Source of the DNA: Treponemataceae bacterium
GTDB lineage: Bacteria > Spirochaetota > Spirochaetia > Treponematales > Treponemataceae
Reading direction: 5' to 3'
NCBI GenBank assembly: GCA_024413635.1
Contig: JAKSTT010000001.1
Location: 8,433-72,432, forward strand
Length of the DNA stretch: 64,000 nt
Shown: positions 54,891-62,810 of the stretch, piece after piece
Numbering within the stretch: position 1 is the stretch's first letter
Layout: every line of letters starts with the position of its first letter
Program-made: the position numbers and the translations under genes
The notes under the pieces: model-generated
What the model saw: the letters and a program-made list of their open reading frames with translations, nothing else
Told to the model about the DNA's origin: nothing
Databases searched by the model: none

Positions 54891-56366
54891 ATGATGAATA
54901 CCGCCTCTAAAGCCGCACTTTCGTTCTTCTCCGCATGCTGTCTGCTGGCAGCCGCCTGTGCGTTACGCGTTGTTCCTTCTGCCCGCATCTGGTCAGGGTA
55001 TCAGGTGGTATTTTTCCCCAACAGCCAGGATCTTTCTTTTCTGAATGAATCGTCAATAGGGGATCTGTTCCCCGGACTTGTATCAGATGAAACCTCCTGT
55101 CGCAGTGACGCCGTTACGCCTCCTGATTTTACGGTGGCAGAGTCTGTGTATCACGGCATGTATATTCCGGTTATGGACCCTTTTAACCGCGACGGATATA
55201 CCTCTGATACCATCCGCAGCTTCTTTTTTTCTGACCGTGAGGGCAATTACCGTCTGGTGTACGTGCCTGATGCCCATTTCCGGTCCTTCTGTTCCCTGCT
55301 TGATTCAAAAAAAATACCCTATGGAACGGACAGCACGGTAAAAGTGCCCTATGGCGGTGCACTGACGGTGCTGGTTCTTGCGCTGGTGCTGGTCATTCTG
55401 GTACGCGTACGCTGGCAGCGTCTGATCATGCTGGTGCCGGTCTGTACCATGGCATTCCTGGCACCCTGGTATGCCGTCAGCTGTACGGCATGTACGGTGC
55501 TGGCACTTGTTCCATTCATCAACCGGTACTGGAACCGGGTGCAGGGGGGCAGACTGTTCATCAGGAATCCCCTGTGCATCGTGTTTCTGGTACTGCTTGC
55601 CGGCCTTCTGGTACTGACGCCACCCCGGCCGCTGCTGGTATCCCTGCTGTGTCTTTCTTCATCTGCCTGTTTTGGTTTTGCCGTGCGGATGCAGGAGCAG
55701 TGGGCTGCCGGTACCCGGCATTTTTCCTTTACGCCCATTATCTCAGGCCGGTTTGTGACCGTTGATGAACGGCAGAAAGGTGGTGCTGCAGTTCTGTACA
55801 GCCTTTCCGTACTGGTATTGCTCAGCCTGTCGCTGTTTTCTACGGTGGGCGGCAGTCTGTCTGACCGGCAAGACTTGAGTCTGCCGGGACCTAACCGGTA
55901 TACTGATTCCATTACGTCTGTTGATGGCTGGAATGCATTTGCTGACGGCCAGGATGAGGTGCGGTACCCTGATATTACTGATTTCGTTGCAGAATTGTGG
56001 CAGCGTCAGTCCTATGGATTCCGCCGGATTTCACAGCGTAATGACCTGTTTCCGCAAAAAGGAAGCGCCGTAACGGTATCCCACTTTGTTGAAGATGCTG
56101 ACGGCGTACATGTAATACAAAAAGATGTTCTTGTGTTTGATGATACGTATCTGAACCGGAGTATGGAATGGCTGCGTGAACATGATTCAGTGGCTGCATT
56201 CCTGCTGCAGGGAAATGCTACGGCATCAACAACGTACACTACTACAGGAGCATTTACCGTTACAGCTGCAGATTATGCAGGAATACTTGCCTGTATTACT
56301 GTGGCAGCTGGTCTGTGCATGGTGCTGGTTATCAGACGTGCCAGACAGAGGAGCTCTGAAAAATGA
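54891..56366 (+). CDS. Hypothetical polytopic membrane protein
   Basis: 491 aa. N-terminal signal/TM helix, an ~130-aa loop, 5-6 central TM helices, an ~150-aa soluble segment and a C-terminal TM helix. The stop overlaps the next start (ATGA). Confidence 0.55.
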   Translation: MMNTASKAALSFFSACCLLAAACALRVVPSARIWSGYQVVFFPNSQDLSFLNESSIGDLFPGLVSDETSCRSDAVTPPDFTVAESVYHGMYIPVMDPFNRDGYTSDTIRSFFFSDREGNYRLVYVPDAHFRSFCSLLDSKKIPYGTDSTVKVPYGGALTVLVLALVLVILVRVRWQRLIMLVPVCTMAFLAPWYAVSCTACTVLALVPFINRYWNRVQGGRLFIRNPLCIVFLVLLAGLLVLTPPRPLLVSLLCLSSSACFGFAVRMQEQWAAGTRHFSFTPIISGRFVTVDERQKGGAAVLYSLSVLVLLSLSLFSTVGGSLSDRQDLSLPGPNRYTDSITSVDGWNAFADGQDEVRYPDITDFVAELWQRQSYGFRRISQRNDLFPQKGSAVTVSHFVEDADGVHVIQKDVLVFDDTYLNRSMEWLREHDSVAAFLLQGNATASTTYTTTGAFTVTAADYAGILACITVAAGLCMVLVIRRARQRSSEK

Positions 56367-57670
56367 CCGATGTTCATGCACTGCATATACCGGTGCCGGG
56401 TGTTACTGCCATAACGGATGCCTGGATACCTCATACTGTTCATATTCCCCTGTATTGCCGCGAGTCTGACGGCCTTACGTTTCCTGAGCCGGGCACCGTG
56501 GTGCAGGAAGGCCAGGTATTGAAGGCCGCTGAAAACGGTCATCCTGCCGTTATGTCTTCGGTACCGGGGGTGATTACCGGATACCAGGAATTTCCCCTGT
56601 ATGACGGGGGCAGAAGTCTGTATGCCATCATCAGGACTGAAGGTGCCTTTACCTATTTTGGCCGGGGACGCACGAAAAAGACCGTTGAAACGTTAACGGC
56701 CCTTGAGTTAAGCGGTATCCTCAATACCCACGGCGTATACAACACCTTTGACCACTCGGTTCCCTTTGCGGATCAGGTACGGCCGTTCCAGCGGCAGATC
56801 CAGATTGATGAAGAAGATTCCCACGGAAAATCCGTAACGGTTCTGGCCGTGCGGCTTTTTGACGAAGATCCGGTCAGTATTGCCGGTTCGGTGTTTTCAG
56901 AACACTATTTCGACCTGATTTCCGAAGGTATCAGGATTGTAACTGAAGTAATCCACGCTTCGTATGTGTATATATTCTATCCGGCCGGCAGTGCCTTTTT
57001 TGAGGAAGGCCACACTATTGACGGTATGACGGCAAACCTGCAGTTCCTGCCGGTTTCCCTTGATACGTATCCCTGCGGCCGTGAACGGGACCTTCGGAAA
57101 CAGCTGAAAAAGGCTGGTTTTTCCCATGCTGATGACCATATCCTCTTTACGGACGGCCGTACCATGTACGCAACGGCCCTTGCTGCCGTGTATGACCAGC
57201 CGGTACTTGAAACGCTGGTGCAGATCAGTGGTTCAGCCCTCAGTAAAGACCGGCTCTTTAAGGTGCGGAACGGAACTCCCATTGGAGAACTGGCTGCCCA
57301 GTGTGGCGGCTTAAAGCATCTGCCGCAGAAGATTATCGTCAACGGGCTGGTCCGCGGGTATGCGGTGGCTGATCCCCAGGTGCCGGTTACGCCACAGGTT
57401 GTCTGTGTTACGATTCCGGCAAAATCAGATATACCGGATCAGCGGGAACTTAACTGTATCCGCTGCGGACGGTGCCATCGTTCCTGCGCAGCCGGTATTC
57501 ATCCTGATAAAATGCTCTTTTTCTACAGCCGGCATCAGAAAATGCCGGAACGTCTTGAAAAACTGATCTGGCAGTGCAATGACTGCCGGGAGTGCAATAC
57601 GGCCTGTCCGGCCCGGCTCCCGCTGGCCCAGACCATCATGCTGTTACGGGAGGAACTCTCTCATGAATAA
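56363..57670 (+). CDS. RnfC-like iron-sulfur subunit (divergent)
   Basis: 435 aa. C-terminal CIRCGRCHRSC and CNDCRECNTACP 4Fe-4S motifs, and first position in a C-D-G-E-A-B-ordered cluster. No GGxGFP-type nucleotide motif seen. Confidence 0.5.
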   Translation: MTDVHALHIPVPGVTAITDAWIPHTVHIPLYCRESDGLTFPEPGTVVQEGQVLKAAENGHPAVMSSVPGVITGYQEFPLYDGGRSLYAIIRTEGAFTYFGRGRTKKTVETLTALELSGILNTHGVYNTFDHSVPFADQVRPFQRQIQIDEEDSHGKSVTVLAVRLFDEDPVSIAGSVFSEHYFDLISEGIRIVTEVIHASYVYIFYPAGSAFFEEGHTIDGMTANLQFLPVSLDTYPCGRERDLRKQLKKAGFSHADDHILFTDGRTMYATALAAVYDQPVLETLVQISGSALSKDRLFKVRNGTPIGELAAQCGGLKHLPQKIIVNGLVRGYAVADPQVPVTPQVVCVTIPAKSDIPDQRELNCIRCGRCHRSCAAGIHPDKMLFFYSRHQKMPERLEKLIWQCNDCRECNTACPARLPLAQTIMLLREELSHE

Positions 57671-58700
57671 AGCCATTAAAAAAGTTTCGCTGGCTCCTTA
57701 CTGCTATTCAATACCTTCAGTGCATGAAACTGCCCGGTTAACCTGTTTCCTGCTGCTTCCCCAGGTGCTGATGCTGGTGCTGACTGCCAGTTACCGGTCT
57801 CTGGCTGTTCTGGGGGTAGCACTGCTTGCCGGTCATGCGGCTCAGCTCAGCGACACCTTCTTCAGAAAACAGAAATATGTGTTCTCCTGGGATGCCGTTC
57901 TGCAGGCGCTGCTGATCGGACTGTTCATTCCATCCGGATACCCGCTGTGGTGGCTGTTCCTGATTGTGCTGTGCAGTCTCCTGGTATGTAAGTATACCTT
58001 TGGCGGCTTTGCACAGTCCTGGGCAAATCCGGCTGCCTTTACCCTGATCATGCTGTACCTGTTTGGTTCCCAGTGTTTCCCCGGCTTTATTGCCGACATT
58101 GAACACCTGCAGAGCCCCAATGCAGTTCCGCTGCTGGTTCGTGACGGACTGATTCCCCTGAACCGGTTTGATTCGGTAGTGACTGGTTTCCTTAACGAAA
58201 AACTGCTGGTAAAAGCAGGAATTACCGTACCTGACGGTTATGTTTCACTCATGCTTGATGCGGGCGGTCCCATTCCTGCATTCCGCTTTAACCTGCTGAC
58301 CCTTATTGCCAGCATTGTGCTGTTTTCTTCAAATATGATAGAACCGCTGATACCTACCGTATATCTGCTTGGCTATGGTGCCCTGGTCCGCTATTTCGGT
58401 CTGTATCCCTACGGTGGCCTTCTGAATCAGGGTGACATCCTGCTGGCTCTCTTTTCCAGCGGTACCCTGATTACGGCGTTTTTCCTGCTGCCCTGGGGAG
58501 GAACGGTACCCATGAGTATTCCCGGAAAGTTCCTGTTTGCCCTGTTTGCCGCCATTATGGCCGCTGTGGTAAACGGCTTTGGTACCTCTCCCATCGGGTC
58601 CATGTTTGTCATCCTTGCTGCCAATGTGTTCTCTCCGGCCATTCAGTGCATTGAAGACGCTTTGTACTACGGCATGCTTGATAAAAGGAGGGCTTCATGA
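57663..58700 (+). CDS. RnfD/NqrB-family membrane subunit (divergent)
   Basis: LLIGLFIPSGYPLWW...KYTFGGFAQSWANPAAF and LITAFFLLPWGGTVP...FVILAANVFSPAI match the RnfD core. Start trimmed to ATG 57663 (MNKAIKK), an 8-nt overlap with the upstream gene. Confidence 0.65.
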   Translation: MNKAIKKVSLAPYCYSIPSVHETARLTCFLLLPQVLMLVLTASYRSLAVLGVALLAGHAAQLSDTFFRKQKYVFSWDAVLQALLIGLFIPSGYPLWWLFLIVLCSLLVCKYTFGGFAQSWANPAAFTLIMLYLFGSQCFPGFIADIEHLQSPNAVPLLVRDGLIPLNRFDSVVTGFLNEKLLVKAGITVPDGYVSLMLDAGGPIPAFRFNLLTLIASIVLFSSNMIEPLIPTVYLLGYGALVRYFGLYPYGGLLNQGDILLALFSSGTLITAFFLLPWGGTVPMSIPGKFLFALFAAIMAAVVNGFGTSPIGSMFVILAANVFSPAIQCIEDALYYGMLDKRRAS

Positions 58701-59188
58701 CAAAAGAAGATAAACAGATTATCCACCGGTACGGCAGTTTCAGCCTGATTCTTCTGGTCATGTTTTTCTCACTGTTCATCTTTGTAAAGCTTGACCGTTC
58801 AGTGTGGAACCGTGGCCTGGAAACAGTAGTAAACCAGGTGCTTGCGGCAAATGACAATACCGGGGACCTGACGGTGCTTGGAACTGTTCCGTTTCCCAGC
58901 ACCATGGCATCTTCGGCAGCCATGTATCTGGTAGGAAAAAATACTGTAGTAGAGGGCTATGCCATTATTGTCCGGATGACGGGACCTTCTGGTCCGGTAA
59001 GCGGCGTATTTTATACTAAAAATTCCCAGCAGCCTCCTGTTTTCCTGGGGACTGCTGATACCTTCAGCCGTACTGGAAACCGCAGGATCAACCGGATTGT
59101 TACCTGCAATAACCTGCAGCTGACTACGGCCCAGATTTCCTTCTGGTCGGATAAAGCTGCTGCCCTGTTTCGGGAGGTTCTTGAATGA
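58697..59188 (+). CDS. Single-pass membrane protein in the RnfG position
   Basis: 163 aa with an N-terminal TM helix. ATGA overlaps on both sides. GYAIIVRMTGPSGPVSGVF weakly resembles the RnfG GYxGxI segment. No S/TGAT motif. Confidence 0.35.
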   Translation: MTKEDKQIIHRYGSFSLILLVMFFSLFIFVKLDRSVWNRGLETVVNQVLAANDNTGDLTVLGTVPFPSTMASSAAMYLVGKNTVVEGYAIIVRMTGPSGPVSGVFYTKNSQQPPVFLGTADTFSRTGNRRINRIVTCNNLQLTTAQISFWSDKAAALFREVLE

Positions 59189-59793
59189 AAAACTATCACT
59201 ATCCCTTCCTGTTTATCGGCGCACTGCTTTCACTGCTGGTTCCCTGTCCGGCACGGTTTGGATATGTACTGCTGGTTGTCATGGCTGCAGATCTGCTTAT
59301 GATTCTGGGTACCGGCATGCGTATTGCCGTTGACAGCCTGCATCTGAATGAACTGGGCTCCATTATGATGCTGGTGTTCCTGGTATTTACCACAATCCTC
59401 ATTAAACAGTTTATTATTCTGTACTCACCGGTTATTGCCATGACCCTCAGTTTTGTCCTGTACCTGGTGCCAGTATCTGCAATCATCATTGGCCGCACGG
59501 TTGCCAGCGAACAGATGCAGTGGAAGGCATACTGTATTTCCAACCTGCAGGTTCTTGGCGTTTTTACCGGTACCTGTCTTGCCTTTGGCTTTGTACGGGA
59601 ACTGATTGCGTACGAAAGCATTTCACTGCCAGCCCACAGCGGATTATGGATCATTCCGGTGAATATGCATGGCCTCATCAAGGCTACTGCCTTCTGGGGG
59701 TCCATCCCCGGTGCCTTTATCCTGCTGTCCCTTATCCTGGCGTTCATGTCACTGGTTCAGCGGCGGTTCAACATTATCAGGAGTAAAGACTGA
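59185..59793 (+). CDS. RnfE/RnfA (Rnf-Nqr) family membrane subunit, E-like
   Basis: 202 aa, about 6 TM helices. LLVPCPA, GFVRELIAYESISLP and GSIPGAFILLSL resemble Rnf-Nqr family blocks. Confidence 0.55.
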   Translation: MKNYHYPFLFIGALLSLLVPCPARFGYVLLVVMAADLLMILGTGMRIAVDSLHLNELGSIMMLVFLVFTTILIKQFIILYSPVIAMTLSFVLYLVPVSAIIIGRTVASEQMQWKAYCISNLQVLGVFTGTCLAFGFVRELIAYESISLPAHSGLWIIPVNMHGLIKATAFWGSIPGAFILLSLILAFMSLVQRRFNIIRSKD

Positions 59794-60350
59794 TGGCATT
59801 ACGTTCTCTGTATTTTTACATGCTGTTTACCTCTGCCGTCTTCATGTACGGCATCGGCATCCGCAAGGTTGTTGTCGTATCAAATAACATTACCCATTAC
59901 CTGGCGTGGTTTTCCAGAACACTGGTAACAACCATGAGTATCATTTGTGCCGTATGGTTTATTGCTACAACTTTTCTCAGTCCCTATGGCCTGATGGAAC
60001 TGTTTCCTTTTTTTGCCGTCATCGTCTGTGTACTGATCAGCCAGCTGACCTATGAGTTGTGGAACCTGCTTTCAAAACTGGATACCCCGGAATTTGCACT
60101 GACATTCTGCACGGTTATTCTTGCCGTAGGTGAGGGGACATCCTTCATCGATTCCCTGGCCATCGGTCTTTCCAGTATTCTTGCCTTTTACCTGGGAGCA
60201 CCGCTTCTGTACACGTTCAGATGGCGCATGCAGTACAGCGATTCCAATATCGTATTCCGCGGCGGGGCCCTGGTGTTTTTCAGTATCGCCGTAATGCTTA
60301 TCGTACTCTTCGGCATCAATATTTCATGGCTTAATTTCGGGGCATTCTGA
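59793..60350 (+). CDS. RnfA/RnfE (Rnf-Nqr) family membrane subunit, A-like
   Basis: 185 aa, about 6 TM helices. LTFCTVILAVGEG and RGGALVFFSIAVMLIVLFG resemble RnfA blocks. TGATG junctions on both sides. Confidence 0.5.
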   Translation: MALRSLYFYMLFTSAVFMYGIGIRKVVVVSNNITHYLAWFSRTLVTTMSIICAVWFIATTFLSPYGLMELFPFFAVIVCVLISQLTYELWNLLSKLDTPEFALTFCTVILAVGEGTSFIDSLAIGLSSILAFYLGAPLLYTFRWRMQYSDSNIVFRGGALVFFSIAVMLIVLFGINISWLNFGAF

Positions 60351-60892
60351 TGGTTTTTTCTGTTATCCTCTGTATCTGCATTCTGATTATTTTTGTCGGC
60401 GTCCTCTTTTTCATGGAAACTGAGGGGGGCTGGAATTTTACTGCCGTGTTCTCCAGTGATGAAATTGATGACCGCAATGAACAGCCTGCCGGGCCGAAAG
60501 TAGAAAAAGGTTCATCAATTGCAGTGGTTGCTGTGGCAGACGGTGAAACAAAAGCTGATGCAGTGTATCAGAATATGCTGGACTGTCATGTGCTGACCAG
60601 AGCCTATGAAATAACTCCCTACGGAGGTGCCGTTCAGTGCTGTGGATACGGCAGCTGTGTTTCGGTGTGTCCCCAGAACGCCATTTCGCTGGTAAAGGGA
60701 ACTGCCGTTATCGGTGAAACCTGTAATGGCTGTGGCCGTTGTGTCGATAATTGTCCGCTCCATCTTATATCTTTGCAGAAACCTGAACAGGAATCTGCAA
60801 AAAAACTGAGTTTCTGGTTTAAATTTTGGAAATTCTGGTTTACCATTTTAAGACGCGACCAAGCTGACGGTTCTAAAGCATTATGGGAATAG
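60350..60892 (+). CDS. RnfB-like membrane-anchored ferredoxin-domain protein
   Basis: N-terminal TM helix, then CCGYGSCVSVCPQNAI and CNGCGRCVDNCP. Last position of the Rnf-like cluster. Confidence 0.5.
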   Translation: MVFSVILCICILIIFVGVLFFMETEGGWNFTAVFSSDEIDDRNEQPAGPKVEKGSSIAVVAVADGETKADAVYQNMLDCHVLTRAYEITPYGGAVQCCGYGSCVSVCPQNAISLVKGTAVIGETCNGCGRCVDNCPLHLISLQKPEQESAKKLSFWFKFWKFWFTILRRDQADGSKALWE

Positions 60893-62751
60893 TACATATA
60901 TGCCAGGTTGTTTCATTTGAAATACCTGGGCTTTTTACTGCTGCTAAAGCAGAAGAGTATTATAAAAAAGTAATTAAAGATTCTCTTGCCTATATCTGTG
61001 CGCATCCCCAGTATGTGGTTTCTTTGTGCTTTACCGGCGATTTGCTGAGCTGGCTGGAGCAGTTCCATCAGGAAGTGTTTCTGGTTCTTTCAGAGCTTTC
61101 CCAAAATCATCAGATAGAATGTATTTCTTCCGGATATACCAATCCGCTGTTTCCGCTGCTGCTGCCCGTTGACCGCTCCGGTCAGATTGACAAGCAGACC
61201 ACGCTGCTCAGGAAAATTACCGGCAAGCGTTCCCGCGGCTTAAAAATGGCCTGCGACTGCTGGGAACAGTCTTTGATCCCCAGTTTTAAGACTGCCGGTG
61301 TTGAATATGTACTCCTGAAAAATGACCTTTTCATCAAGAATTTCCAGAAACAGCTGGATGGCTTCCGGCCGCATCTGGTTGAAGAGTGCGGTAAGTCACT
61401 GATTCTTGTTCCGTATACGACTATGGCTGATATTGGCGACTGGCTGCAGAGTTCCTACAGCCAGCTGACTGCACAGCCCTATGATACCCTGTTTTCCCAG
61501 CTGTTGAGTGGAGAACAGTTTATCCGGAACGTAAAGGACGGTATCTGTGACCGGCTGTTTGACTGGTGTGCCGGTCAGCCCCAGGCAGATTTGAATACGC
61601 CGGCTGTTGTTACCCGCCTTACCTCAGGTTTTATCAAAACGTATGTACCGCCTGTGTGGAACGGCAATGCCCGCCACGTACGGGAAGTAATCAACACGAA
61701 TACCAGCATCCGGCAGCTGTACGCCCGCATGATTCAGTTAAGCGGAGAAGTAAATCAGTTCCGCGGTGATAAGACACGGAAAAATGCTGCCCGCGAAGAG
61801 CTGTGGAAAGCCCAGAATTATCAGATGTACTGCGGTATTGAAGGGGATGAACTGGAACAGTTTGCCCAGCAGCAGGCTGCATACCGGCATATTCTGGCCG
61901 CCGAAAAAATCATGGGAGATCTTTCAGGAACTCCTGCCACCAGCATTACCAGTTTTGACTTTGATTTTGACGGGCTTGATGAGTATGCCTGCCACTTTAC
62001 CGAATACAATGCCTATATCCGGCTGCAGGGCGCATCTCTTTTTGAACTGGATTCCCGCAACAGCTGTCAGATGTATACCCTGTGCAGCAGTCCTGGAGAA
62101 TCGCTGCCCCAGCGGACCGTGTTCAACGACTTCCTGCTGGATGATGAAAGCTTTTCTGCTTTCCAGAACTGCAATTATCCCTATACCCGGACCTCCCATG
62201 ACATTCATTTTGAGGTTGCTTCTTTCCAGCGCTCAAAACGTGAAATCGTTTTTCTGGGGAAGGGGCGTTTCGGTAAGAAAAAATTGCCCTACAGCTTAAA
62301 GAAACGGTATGTATTCTCTGATAACGGGGTACAGGTTACCTATATCCTGAAAAATGAATCCCAGTCTACGCTGAAGGGCCACTTCCTGGTAGAAAATACC
62401 CTGGCAGTCCCGTACCGTGAAACTGATAAACGGGAAATTGCCGTAGTTTCCAATGATGTGATGGTAAAGCCGGTAACCGGACAGGTATTCTGGAAGAACC
62501 GCGATGTGTCTACGGTACAGATTACGGATACCGTAACGGAAACGTCCTTTATCCTGGAAACCAATGAAAACGCCAGCCTGCAGATTCAGCCTCTGTTCTT
62601 TGAAAAAGAATGTGTTGCGTCAACCTGCGGATTTTTCTGGGATTTTGACTTACCCGGCCAGTATGAAACGGAAAAGACCCTGTTCCTGACCATCAGGACC
62701 CCCACAAAAGCCAGTCTGGGGAAAAAACGGGGACGCAGGAAAACGTCCTAG
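60883..62751 (+). CDS. GH57-like (alpha-amylase / 4-alpha-glucanotransferase family) protein, probable non-catalytic variant
   Basis: NHQIECISSGYTNPLFPLLL matches GH57 region II. GLKMACDCWEQSLIP and TTMADIGDW align by eye to regions III and IV, but without the Glu and Asp. 10-nt overlap with the upstream gene. Confidence 0.5.
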   Translation: MGIVHICQVVSFEIPGLFTAAKAEEYYKKVIKDSLAYICAHPQYVVSLCFTGDLLSWLEQFHQEVFLVLSELSQNHQIECISSGYTNPLFPLLLPVDRSGQIDKQTTLLRKITGKRSRGLKMACDCWEQSLIPSFKTAGVEYVLLKNDLFIKNFQKQLDGFRPHLVEECGKSLILVPYTTMADIGDWLQSSYSQLTAQPYDTLFSQLLSGEQFIRNVKDGICDRLFDWCAGQPQADLNTPAVVTRLTSGFIKTYVPPVWNGNARHVREVINTNTSIRQLYARMIQLSGEVNQFRGDKTRKNAAREELWKAQNYQMYCGIEGDELEQFAQQQAAYRHILAAEKIMGDLSGTPATSITSFDFDFDGLDEYACHFTEYNAYIRLQGASLFELDSRNSCQMYTLCSSPGESLPQRTVFNDFLLDDESFSAFQNCNYPYTRTSHDIHFEVASFQRSKREIVFLGKGRFGKKKLPYSLKKRYVFSDNGVQVTYILKNESQSTLKGHFLVENTLAVPYRETDKREIAVVSNDVMVKPVTGQVFWKNRDVSTVQITDTVTETSFILETNENASLQIQPLFFEKECVASTCGFFWDFDLPGQYETEKTLFLTIRTPTKASLGKKRGRRKTS

Positions 62752-62753
62752 GC

Positions 62754-62782
62754 TTGCCGAAAGAACCGTAAGTCTTTAGAAT
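62754..62782 (+). promoter_or_regulatory. sigma70-type promoter for metG
   Basis: TTGCCG-N17-TAGAAT, 28 nt upstream of ATG 62811. Confidence 0.55.
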
Positions 62783-62810
62783 AGTTGCCAAACTATTTAT
62801 AGGACTTGCT

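Noticed and set aside
55349-55912. 187-aa Arg/Ser/Thr-rich minus-strand ORF
   Set aside because: It is a shadow ORF of the GC-rich, Leu/Val-rich membrane-protein gene on the + strand.
59199-59747. 182-aa minus-strand ORF opposite the RnfE-like gene
   Set aside because: The + strand ORF shows six-helix Rnf-Nqr-like blocks and tight translational coupling to its neighbours. The antisense ORF has neither.
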